From Hypanus sabinus (Eukaryota), in NCBI RefSeq assembly GCF_030144855.1, contig NC_082732.1, positions 39,742,001 to 39,806,000 on the forward strand: a DNA stretch of 64,000 bases. Direction: 5' to 3'. The notes beneath the pieces are model-generated. The model saw only the letters and a list, made by a program, of their open reading frames with translations. It made no database searches and was not told where the DNA came from. Both the position numbers and the translations under genes were made by a program. Each line of letters starts with the position of its first letter. Within the stretch, counting starts at the first letter, position 1. Below, one piece after another: positions 26,701 to 38,100 of this stretch.

Positions 26701-29327
26701 CTCAAGATTTCTTCGTGAATCTTACGGCACTGACAATGTTTTCAACATAGCACAAAGCATTTTAAAAATGGCTGGGTGCTGTTGACATGGCAATGGCTGA
26801 TGCAAAAATAGGTAGACTCAGACAAAATGAAAACCAAAGCAGTTCTCCACTCGCAGACAGCCAGGCTGCAACTTCTGTTAGGTCAGATCCACCAGCACCT
26901 CAAGTCGAGGACAGTAAGTCACGGCTGAGTCGGCACCATGGCAGTGGTTTACAGCATGGCCATCCTGAAATAACAAACTGCAGAGCTGCTGGAGCTGGCA
27001 GGAAATGCATCCAAAAACTAAAAAACAAAGCACAGTACCTCCAGTCACTTGCAGCTTGCCATCCGAGGCTTTGAAGAGTTGGATTTTTTTTAAATCAAGG
27101 CAACCACTGTAGGGTGCCCTGTCATTTCACAAATCCCTAATTGGCAAAAAGGACTGCAGAAGACTGAAGATCAAATTTCATTAGCTCAGGACTAACTGTT
27201 TAATCAGCGACAGAAATTTGAGGATCAGCTGGAAGGATACCAGACTTCTGGAATTTGATTAGAAAAAAAAACTTTACCTCCAAAAGATTTGAGAACAATT
27301 ACATGATGCAGATCAAAGTCCAACTAAAATTACTTTTGCATTTTAGTATATCACAGAGAAGAGGCCGCTGTGTGGTCCCTTACCTCTTTTCACCTGTTAT
27401 CACCTTCCCCTGGGTCCCCTCCTCCTCTTTCTCCTATGGTCTACTCTCCTCTCCTATCAGATTTCTTCTCCAGCCCTTTACCTTTCCCACCCACCTAACT
27501 TCACCCATCACCTTCTAGCTAGCCTTCTTCCCACCCCCACCATTTTATTCTGGCATCTTCCCCTTCCTTTTTAGTCCTGAGAAGGGCCTCAGGGTCCATA
27601 GATACAGTCTGATCTGCTGAGCTCCTCCAGCATTGTGTACGTGTGTTGCTTTGGACTTCCAGCATCTGCAGACTTTCTCGTGTTTGTCTCTAATCTGCTG
27701 TATAAGGTCAATACAAATCTGCTAATTTCTGTCCAGCACAGAAAGTATTCCATCTTCATAATCAATATTTGTCCTCCAAACTTTGATCGTAGGGCCAACT
27801 TTTCATATGTTGCAACAGGAACCACACTAATGTTTTAGTATGAGTGTTTTGCAACATAATATAAAGAGTGATAAGACTTGCAAGTGCTTTCTCCAACTAC
27901 ATATTAAAATAGATATCACCAGCTTTGGGGTTCCCCCTCCTACTGACTGAAACCAATGAGGCAGATTGCCAAACTAAACAAATTTAGCATCGGACCAACA
28001 AAGTTAACATCTCATTTATGGAATCCCCAGGTTTTGGTGTTGATTAATATTGACTGAAGATTTAGATCGCATGCAACTACAGCATAAAAAGCATGTCCAT
28101 CTGTTTGGAGTGTAAAGTGGGATAACAGTTTAGATTCTGGCACAGGGTGATAAAATTCTGTTACAAGTGTTAGTTGTACTGCCCACCTTAACTGTCAGGG
28201 TGAGCATGGCACAAGAACACTGTCAGCCTGTGGCAAGAGACTGAACCCTGAGACACCTTGTGCAAGTAGAGGTTCAGGAAGACAATTACAAGGCAGGGCA
28301 TTGGGTTCTGATTCAGAGTTTTAAAGCTCATCTTTATTTGCACATTGTTGTTTGTCAATCTTTGTTTATATATAGTTTTATTTACAGAAATTTTATTGCT
28401 TTCTTTATTGACATTGTATATGTTGGCAAGAAAATGAAGCTCAGGGCAGTATATGGTAGCATATTATAAATAATATATTTAGTATGATGCTTGCTGCTCC
28501 CAAGGGAAGTCCCCTGTGTTCGAGATCTCTCTCCCTTGATGCTGTCAGAGGGCAGTATTGAAATTCTGGGTCTGAGATTTATAGACTTGATTGTAGTTCA
28601 TTTGGACTATTTTAATTTTATGTTGCCCCTTGCATGATTTGTTTGGTTTTTTTGGCACATGGGTGTTTTGATGTTTTTTTGAACCTTTTCCACAGCTTTA
28701 CTTGTTTCACGGCTGCCTGAAGAAGATGAATCTCAGAGTTCTAATCCCCATAATAAATTTGATAATTAATGTACCTTGAACAAGGAAGCCTTGTCATGTT
28801 GCTCAAGTGCACACTGTAGATGCATTCTGTAGTTAGTGTGGAATGAAGGAGCAATTAGGCAGCATCGAACAAGGTGCTGGTTTGTGAATGGTGCTGAACT
28901 TCAATTCCAGATGCAACTTGATGTTTTGTTTCCTTGCAAGGTCACTAGTTTTAAAGCTAATGAACTCAGTTCCGGCACTTGTGGACTGCTTGTGGAACTG
29001 TGGAGAATGCATTCAGTTTTGGTTACTGAAGGGAGGATGAACAGGCTTTAGTGAGGGTGTAGAAGAGGTTTACTAGGATGCTGTCTGGATTAGAGGGCCT
29101 ATATGAACTATGAGGTGGAGATGTCTGTCAAAGGAGGTGCAAGACACTCCTTCCCTTTGCTAGCCTGCAAATCATCCTTGGGCAAGGTGCTTAGCCTCAG
29201 GATCAAGGTCACACGAAACCTTGGGAGCAGGTGGTGGATGGTCATATGAGCAGCTGGTGTACATCACAAGTCCTGCTCATGAGATCATTGACATCAATCT
29301 CTGAAGACTATTCATAATTGCTGGGGT

Positions 29328-29562
29328 TGTAGCGGTGTGCTACATGCAGCGCTAAAATTACGGCAGGGACTCGGTAACTGCAGTCGAAGGAAAAACTTTA
29401 TTTGAAATCCTCAGCCTCACTTTTAAGCCTCCCTCAACCTGCCCCCCGTGGCGCAGAGGCTCCAAAGCTCTGTGCTCGCAAACCCCCATAGGCTATCTCC
29501 CTTAGCCGGAAAGCTGGCTAATTGTGAGCCGGTTCGGATGTGCCAGGGAACGGGTCGCCACA
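29328..29562 (-). repeat. 3' LTR of the Gypsy element
   Basis: tgtagcggtg...cgccaca, 235 bp; minus-strand AATAAA at 29397-29402. Confidence 0.95.
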
Positions 29563-32511
29563 TAACCCCCCCCCCCCCCCAGAACCGGCGATACACCCCC
29601 CAATGTCCACAGTCTGGGCCGGAACCTGCTTGGGAGGTCGGCCTCTGCGCCGAGGTGCCGGAAACTCGACCGGTTGCGCCAGGTCCACATGGGCCGGTTT
29701 GAGTCGGTCCACCGTGAAAACCTCCTCTTTCCCCCCAACGTCCAGCACGAACGTGGACCCGTTGTTCCGGAGCACCATAAACGGCCCCTCGTATGGCCGC
29801 TGCAGCGGTGGCCGATGCCCGCCCCTTCGTACAAACACAAACTTACAGTTCTGCAGGTCTTTGGGTACGCAGGTCGGGTTCTGCCCGTGCTGTGAAGTGG
29901 GTATGGGGGCCAGGTTACCGAGCTTCTCGCGTAGTCTGCCCAGGACCGCTGCGAGATCTTCCTCTTGCCCCCGTGGGGCTGGTAGGAACTCCCCGGGGAT
30001 GACCAGGGGCGCGCCGTATACCAACTCGGCCGACGAGGCGTGCAGGTCGTCCTTGGGTGCTGTGCGGATGCCGAGTAGGACCCAGGGAAGCCCGTCCGCC
30101 CAGTTGGCTCCTCGCAGGCGGGCCATCAGGTGACGGTGAAAACGCTCCACTAGCCCGTTCGACTGTGGGTGGTAGGCAGTTGTGTGGTGCAGCTGAGTCC
30201 CCAAAAGGCTGGCCATAGCTGACCACAGGCTGGAGGTGAACTGGGCGCCTCTGTCGGAGGTAATGTGGGCTGGTACACCAAAGCGAGATATCCAGGTGGT
30301 GATCAGGGCTCGGGCGCAAGATTCGGAGGTGGTGTCGGTGGGCGGGACCGCCTCTGGCCATCTTGTGAACCGGTCCACGATAGTCAGGAGGTGCTGCGCT
30401 CCGTGCGACACTGGCAGGGGGCCCACGATATCCACATGAATGTGGTCGAAACGCCGGTGGGCGGGATGGAACTGCTGCGGTGGGGCTTTGGTGGCCGTCT
30501 GGCAGTGCATGCACGTTTTGGCCCATTCACTGACCTGTTTGCGGAGTCCGTGCCAAACGAACCTGCTGGAAACCATCCGGACAGTCGTCCGGATGGAGGG
30601 ATGCGCCAAGTTATGAATGGAGTCGAAAACACGGCGCCGCCACGCTGTCGGGACGACGGGATGGGGCTGGCCGGTGGCGACGTCACAGAGTAGGGTCCTC
30701 TCACCCGGGCCTATGGGGAGGTCCTGGAGCTGCAAACCGGAGACTGCGGTTCTGTTACTCGGAATCTCCTCATCTGCCTGCTGTGCCTCTGCCAGTGCCT
30801 CAAAGTCTACCCCTTGGGAAAGGGCATGAACGGTAGGGCGAGAGAGCGCATCCGCCACGACATTGTCCTTACCCGAGACGTGCCAGACATCTGTCATGTA
30901 TTCAGAGATGTAGGACAGGTGGCGTTGCTGGCGGGACGACCAGGGGTCGGACGCTTTCGTAAACGCAAAGGTAAGCGGTTTGTGGTCCGTGAACGCGGTG
31001 AAGGGCTGACCTTCTAGGAAGTACCTGAAATGCCGGATTGCCAGGTAGAGCGCCAACAGTTCCCGGTCGAAAGCACTGTACTTGAGCTCGGGTGGCAGCA
31101 GTGTTTGCTGAAAAATGCCAGGGGTTGCCAGCGACCTGCGATGAGTTGCTCCAGCACCCCACCGACTGCTGTGTTAGATGCGTCCACTGTGAGGGCGGTA
31201 GGGGCGTCCATTCTGGGATGTACTAGCCTTACGGTGTTCGCCAAAGCTTCCTTCGTTTGAACGAAAGCGGCGGCGGTAGAACTTGACCATACCTACGAAT
31301 TCCTGAAGGCCTTTGACCGTGGTGGGTCGGGGGAAGTGGCGGACCGCATCTACCTTAGCGGGCAGAAGGGTTGCCCCGTCTTTAGTAATCCTGTGGCCCA
31401 GGAAGTCAATGGTATCGAGTCCGAACTGGCATTTGGCGGGGTTGATTGTAAGACCGTACTCACTCAGTCGGGCGCAGAGTTGACGGAGGTGGGATAGATG
31501 CTCCTGACGACTGCTGCTGGCTAGGAGGATGTCGTCCAAATAGATGAACGCGAAGTCCAGGTCCCGTCCCACTGCGTCCATTAACTACTGAATCGTCTGT
31601 GCGACTTTCTTCAGGCCGAATGGCATGCGGAGGAACTCGAAAAGGCCAAACGGGGTGATGAGAGCCGTTTTGCGGACGTCGTCAGGATGCATCGGGATTT
31701 GAGGGTACCCTCGGATGAGGTCTATCTTGGAGAAGATCCGTGCGCCGTGCAGGTTTGCTGCAAAGTCCTGAATGTGCGGCACAGGGTAGCGGTCCGGTGT
31801 GGTAGCCTCATTCAACCTGTGGGAGTCTCCAGACTCCCGTCGCTTTGGGCACCATGTGCAGTGGGGAGGCCCATGGGCTGTCGGACCGCCGGATGATCCC
31901 CAATTCCTCCATCCTCTGGAACTCCTCCTTCGCCAGTCGGAGCTTGTCCGGGGGAAGCCACCGAGCGCGGGCGTGGAGGGGTGGTCCCTGGGTCGGGGAT
32001 GTGGTGCTGTACGCCGTGTCGGGGCATGCGGTGCCAAAACCGATGGGAAATCCGCCAGGACCCTGGTGAAGTCGTTGTCGGACAGCGTGATGGAGCCGAG
32101 GTGAGGGGCTGGCAACTGGGCTGCACCCAGGGAGAACGTCTGAAAGGTCTCGGCGTGTACCAGTCTCTTCCTGGGCAGGTTGACCAGTAGGTTGTGAGCC
32201 CGCAAAAAATCCGCACCCAGAAGCGGTTGGGCTACGGCGGCCAGTGTAAAGTCCCACGTGAACTGGCTGGAGCCGAACTGTAGCTGCACCTGACGGGTGC
32301 CATAGGTCCTTACTGTGCTGCCGTTCACGGCCCTCAGGGGGGGCCCCGGTGCCCTGCTGCAGGTGTCGTAACTCGTCGGAGGTAAAACGCTGATCTCGGC
32401 ACCAGTGTCGACCAAAAACCGGCGTCCCGACCTTCTGTCCCACACATACAGGAGGCTATCCCGATGGCCAGCCACCGTAGCCATCAGTGGCGGCTGGCTC
32501 TGGCGTTTCCC
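29518..32511 (-). pseudogene. Gypsy pol (protease, RT, RNase H, integrase), frameshifted
   Basis: Protease LVDTGAEISV. RT SPWASPLHMVPK, DRYPVP, FSKIDL, TPFGLFEFLRMPFGL, YLDD. RNase H TVDASNTAVGGVL and FTDHKPL..NVVADALSR. Integrase HHCC (HNLAH..CMHC), DIVGP/SDRGAQF/NGLVERFH and YEGPF. These are split over several frames, with a stop at about 31585 and an apparent deletion at about 31270. Confidence 0.93.
29566..29580 (-). other. Polypurine tract (G15)
   Basis: G run ending 3 nt before the 3' LTR on the minus strand. Confidence 0.85.
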
Positions 32512-33172
32512 GGGAACTTGCAGGGCAGGCGACAACGGCGGGCTTCTGCGCCCCACTGCTGGTGGTAGAAGCACCAGTGTTCATTGGGCCGGGGGTTGGC
32601 GGGCTCTGCGGCCGGCCTGGACTGGTTTGCTGCTGGGAGCGTGGCTGGGAGATCTGTGCGATGGACGCCCCGGTCACCTTCTTGGCGTTCCACAGCAAGT
32701 CCGCCCGGGCTGCCACCTTCCGGGGGTCACTGAAATCCGCGTCGGACAGCAGCAGGTGTATGTCCTCGGGCAGCTGCTCCAGGAATGCCTGCTCAAACAT
32801 GAGGCAGGGTGTGTGTCCGTCGGCCAGAGACAACATCTCATTCATTAAAGCTGAAGGAGGTCTGTCGCCCAAGCCATCCAGGTGCAGTAAACGGGCAGCC
32901 CGCTCGCACCATGAGAGTCCGAAAGTCCTGAGGAGCAGGGCTTTGAATTCTGTGTACTTGCCGTCTGCCGGGGGCGACTGTACGAACTCCGCGACCTGGG
33001 CCACTGTGTCCTAGTCGAGGGAGCTCACCACGTAGTAGTAGCGGGTGTCTTCTGAGGTGATCTGGCGAACGTGGAATTGGGCTTCGGCTTGCTGGAACCA
33101 TAGGTTCGGTCGCTGTGTCCAGAAACCCGGCAGTTTCAACGAAACCGCATGAACAGAGGCGGCGTCGGTCAT
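32484..33172 (-). pseudogene. Gypsy gag, disrupted
   Basis: MTDAASVHAVSLKLPGFW..P.LWFQQAEAQF..ITSEDTRYYYVVSSLD, then a premature TAG at 33011-33013. It continues as ..LGDRPPSALMNEM..FLEQLP.., frameshifts near 32620, and ends with CFYHQQWGAEARRCRLPC..PGN. Confidence 0.88.
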
Positions 33173-33198
33173 TTCTGGTCCAAAAATAGTTTGGACCA

Positions 33199-33210
33199 TC
33201 GGGGTCACCA
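33199..33210 (-). other. Primer-binding site complementary to tRNA-Trp 3' end
   Basis: Minus strand TGGTGACCCCGA starts 2 nt after the 5' LTR and matches the vertebrate tRNA-Trp end ...TCGGGGTCACCA. Confidence 0.88.
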
Positions 33211-33212
33211 AT

Positions 33213-33447
33213 TGTAGCAGTGTGCTACATGCAGCGCTAAAATTACGGCACGGAGTCAGTAACTGCAGTCGAAGGAAAAACTGTATTTGAAATCCTCAGC
33301 CTCACTTTTAAGCCTCCCTCAACCTGCCCCCCATGGCGCAGAGTCTCCAAAGCTCTGTGCTCGCAAACCCCCATAGGCTATCTCCCTTAGCCGGAAAGCT
33401 GGCTAATTGTGAGCCGGTTCGGATGTGCCAGGAAATGGGTCGCCACA
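33213..33447 (-). repeat. 5' LTR of the Gypsy element
   Basis: tgtagcagtg...cgccaca, 235 bp; 9 mismatches to the other LTR by manual count. Confidence 0.95.
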
Positions 33448-34499
33448 GGGTCACTGATCTTGTAAAAGTACTCCCCAAAAGGCAGAAACGGCAAACTTGT
33501 GTATAAAAAATATGCCATGAACAACCGCAGTCTTGGAAAGACCATGACTGCCCACGTCATTCAAAAAGGCATACAAGGAATGAATGAAATGAGCTATAAA
33601 AGAGAGATTGGACACACTTGGGCTGCATGAGTTCTCTAAAGAGGCAGAGGCCAAGGGGAGAGCTGACAAATGTTTTTAAGAATACAAGATACAAGATAAA
33701 CAGTCTGCATCCATTTCCCCCAGTGTCAAACATCTAATACTAGAGGGCTTGCACTCAAGGCAAAATGGTGCAACCTCAAAGGAAATGTGGAGGTCAATGT
33801 TTTTAAAAAGTTGGTGGGTGCCCAGAATACACTGCTGGGGCTGTGGCAGAGGCAAATATGATAGAGGCTTAGATAAATACAAGAATACTATATGCAGGGA
33901 ATGCAGTGATATGGATATTGTGTAGGCAGAAGGGATTAATGTAGTCAGACATTTAAGTAACAATTAATTAGCTCAGCACAACAGTGTGGGCCAAAGGTCA
34001 TGTTTCCTTCAGCTATCTCCAGTCAACCAATGGTTAAACATTTAACAAATGGCAGGAAAGGCACTTCAAGAGCACAGAGAACATTTTAAAAAACCCATGT
34101 GCACAAAAACATCAGCAACAAAGCTTGTAGAGGCTCAAACACCTCACTTGTCTACCTCCCAGAAAAAACTTGCTGAGACAATCAATTTAGCTTCCAATAA
34201 AGGAGTCCAATATTATTTGGAGAATTCCCACTGCACTTCAAACCCCTATTAGAGGCTGAACAAAATAGAGTCAGATCATAATAGCACAGAAGCAGGCCTT
34301 TTAGCCTATCTATTCCTTGGCAAATTGTTATTTTAACTAGTCCCATCGACCAGCATGTGGACCATACCCTCCCATCCATGTACCCACTCAAATGTCTTAA
34401 ATATTGAAATCAAACCCACATCAACCACTTCCACTGGCATCTTGTTCCACACTCTCGGCACCCTCTGAGTGACATTCTCCATCATGGTCCCCTTAAACA

Positions 34500-35147
34500 T
34501 GTAAAGGGGGTTTCTTCTTTTTTTGTTACTGTGTATGTAATCAAAAGGACTTCTTTGTTTTGTTAAAAGCAGGAATGCTAATTTACTGATAACGAGAATG
34601 GTATTCCTTTGTAAACCAAATGGAGATTAATGTTCTTTCTTCTGAGTCTGTAAGCTTTTGTTGACGGGCTTTTGGGCAGATCGGCGCGAGGGGGGTAGAG
34701 AGAGGACGCAATGCTGTAAACTGGGCAAGGAACGGACCCCAAGCGGGGGTCCGAGGCCAGGAGGTACTCCGAGGAGGGGGGGATGAAGCTAGACGTGCTT
34801 GGTTGACCACTCGGAGGGTCCTGAGCTGCGAGTCGAGGAGTTCGGAGGAGATTGAATGGTGGCCAGAAGACTTCAGTAATTGAGCTCCAACGGTTGTGCA
34901 CGAAGTGGTTTGGACCTTTTCTTTATTTTTTTCTTCATATATACTGTATCATTATTAATCACTTAGTTATAGTAACCTTTATAAATTGTACTCATTTAAT
35001 CACATATGGTGTACTGTCTGTTTCTGGGCGAGGCGGGGACATCACACAGCATCCACACCAGCTGATTACCCAGTTTGGTGGGGCCGAAGGCTGCTCCCCC
35101 TAGACGAGAATGAGCTGAGCGAGCCTGAGGCGACCCAGGGGGTTACA
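34500..35147. mobile_element. Solo LTR (648 bp) of a second, unrelated LTR family
   Basis: TGTAA...TTACA termini with 4-bp TSD AACA (34496-34499 and 35148-35151). It interrupts a CR1 fragment whose halves rejoin as ccccttaaacatttcacctttca (compare the uninterrupted copy at about 16750). Confidence 0.88.
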
Positions 35148-38100
35148 AACATTTCACCTTTCATCCTTAACCCATGACCTCTAGTTCTAGTCTTGCCCAA
35201 CCAGTGGAAAAAGCCTGCATTTAACCTATCTCACTCAAATTTCCTCTCATTCTACATTTTAGGGAATAAAGTCCTAACCAATTCAACTTCTCCCTAGAAC
35301 TCCAGTCCTCAAGTCCCAGCAACATCCTTGTAAATTTACTCTGTACTCTTTCAATCTTTCTGATCTACTCATAGGAAGGATAAGACCAGAATTGTATGCA
35401 ATACTTCAATTTAACATCTTGCACAGCTTCAACACAGCATCCCAACCCCTGTATTGATTACATTGATTTATGAAGACCAACATGCTAAAAGCTCTTTTAT
35501 GACCCTATTTACACCTGAGATGCCATTTGATGAGTTACAGCTATGCATCCTTAGTTAAGCAAAGCACCATTTGCCTGTGCAAATTTAATTATGCTTCTGT
35601 TGCAAAAATAATCATGGAGACTTTAAATGCATCAACATGCCTTGATGCTCGAATAAATGCAATGCAGAATGCGTTTGTGTATTTAGAACCAATTGACAAG
35701 CAGATTTAACCCCTATCGGTGGAACACCACTCACCACATTTAAGTCTGAGAAACTTCCTCAGACCTTGTCTATCATTGTGACCACATCCTCTAGATTTCA
35801 TTTCCCTTCATCTTTCCAGCTAGCTACTTGTGGCACCTTTATGCCTGTGCATACAAACCACACTTCTTACAGTTTCTGCCTGTCTGTTCTTAGAATTGAG
35901 CCTGTGGAACACTACGCTCTTTAGAAATTACTAGCTGTTAAACCTCAAGAATTTAACCCTTGCTCCTTCAGCAGTTTACCAAGTACAATGTTTAGTGTGT
36001 AATTTACTACATTCCTATTTGCATGTTTCTTGGTTGCTCTTTGGTTCCTTGCACGTCAACTTGGGTGCATCGTAAGACCACAAGACACAAGAGCAGAGTT
36101 AGGCCATTCGGCCTGTCAAGTCTTCCACTATTCCATCATAGCTGACTTAACTTTCTTACCCAACCTCATTCTCACCCCTTCGCCCCATAACCTTTGACAC
36201 CCTCACTAATCAAACTATCAACCTCCACTTTAAATATATCCGAAGACTTGGTTTCCCTAGCCATCTGTGGCCGTGAATTCCACAGATTAACCACACTCTG
36301 GTTAAAGAAATTCCTCCTCCTCTGTTATAAAGGGACATCCTTCTATTCTGAGGCTGTGCCCCCTGATCCTAGACTCCTCCAGTACAGGAAAGATCCTTTC
36401 CATGTCCATTTTATCCAGGCTTTGATAGGTGTCACTGAGATCCCCCTCGTGAACAACCATCTGTACTCATTACGCTAGCGTTGTGCAACAGTTTTCAGAA
36501 CAAAACAGAACCCACTTACTCTCACTCCAGTAAATGGGCAGCGTGATAGCGAAGTGGTTAACAGTTCAGGTGACCTGGGTTCATTTCCCACTGCTGCCTG
36601 CAAGGAGTTTATAAATTCTTCCCATGACCCATTTCTTCCAGGTGTTCTAAGTTTCCCCCCAGTCCAGAGATGAAATCAGGGGATTGATGGGCAGCATGCC
36701 TTAAAGGGCCAGAAGGCCCTATTCTGCATTGTATCCCAATAAATAAGCTTTCCTTACAGAAAGCACTATCAAGAAAATAGTGCACACATCAAAATCCACA
36801 TCACTTGCAAGGCCTTGTCTGCTATGTCACGTGATGGAAGGCATTTTAAATGGCATAAAATGAAGGCTAGTGCTAGTTTCCCCAATGTTTAATCATAGCA
36901 ATCCAAGCATGAATATCTCCTTACAGTTTTGAAGGTTTGCTGCACAAACTGGCTGCCCCTTATAACTGTCCTGTTGTATGCTTTCAGCCCAAAATACATC
37001 AATCTCTTTCCCACTTCCATCAATGCTGATTGACCCTCTTGAGTTCCTCCAGCAGTTTGTGTTCTTGCAGTTTCCAGCATCTGTTGTCTCGTGTTCTTTA
37101 TAACTACCACAGACCACAATTGGGAGCATTGTACAAACTCTGAGCACTCACTGTAGGCAGCACACAAAATGCTGGAGGAACTCAGCAGGTCAGGCAGGAT
37201 CTAATGAATGAATAGTTAATATTTTAGGCCAAGACCCTTCATTTGGACTGAAGGAGAAGGGGGAAGAAGCCAGACTAAGGCTTGGGGGAGGGGGAGGAGG
37301 AAGGGAAGGAATACAAGCCTGGAGGTAAGTGATAGGTGAAACCAGGTGAGGTGGAAGGACTATGTGTAGTGGGGGGGGGGGGGGAGGAGGTGGTGAATGA
37401 ATTGAAAAGTTGTAAAGCGATTGGTGGAAATAGTAAAGGATTGAAGGAATCTGAGTAGAGGACAGTGGACCATGGGAGGAAGGGAAGGAGGAGGGACACC
37501 AGAGGAAGCTGATGTGCAGATGAGAAGAAAGGGCATGAGGAGAGCCAGAAAGCAGCACATGCCTCAAACCTTTATACCCATTTCTGCTTCCCAATACCTG
37601 CCTGAGACTACAGAGAGTCAACCCAAGTTTAATGGAATTACAGGTAGACAAAGGATAACCTGCTTTAGGGCCAGCCTTAACAATTAATCTATAGTTTCAC
37701 AGCAGATATTACTTCCAAAGGAATTTAAACCAATTGTTCATTTAACAATTAATTACACACAAACCATTCAAACCCTCTGTGCTGTTATCAATGGCTGACC
37801 AGGCCACAAATTTGTTTCCCACAACAACCTCTTACCTCTTCTCCCCCACCCAACTTTTAAAAAATATTAACATTTGCACTGAAGATAAAGTCTCTGGAGG
37901 ACTTACTTTGCTGCTTAAAATGACTCCTGGGAGAAAAAAAATTGCCCAAGTCACCTAAAATGCAAACCTGTCCAAAACCATGATATCAACTTGTAGGTTC
38001 TCCCACATCCTCACATCATACTGTCAGGGATTAGATGGCAACAGACATTAAAAGAAAAAGAGAACCAGCCTTCAAATATAGTTACAAGCTATATCAATTT

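Larger units (their letters stand above)
29328..33447 (-). mobile_element. Ty3/Gypsy LTR retrotransposon (CsRN1/Kabuki-like), structurally complete but defective
   Basis: Two 235-bp TG..CA LTRs, 4-bp TSD GGGT (29324-29327 and 33448-33451), PBS, PPT, and gag-PR-RT-RH-IN order on the minus strand. Confidence 0.96.

Noticed and set aside
29518-31056. 512-aa RNase H/integrase ORF as a domesticated gene
   Set aside because: It lies inside a TSD-flanked element with both LTRs, begins mid-RNase H after a frameshift and runs through the PPT into the LTR. It is a residual pol frame.
29448-33014. Plus-strand and alternative-frame ORFs over the Gypsy element
   Set aside because: They are shadow ORFs expected in GC-rich coding sequence.
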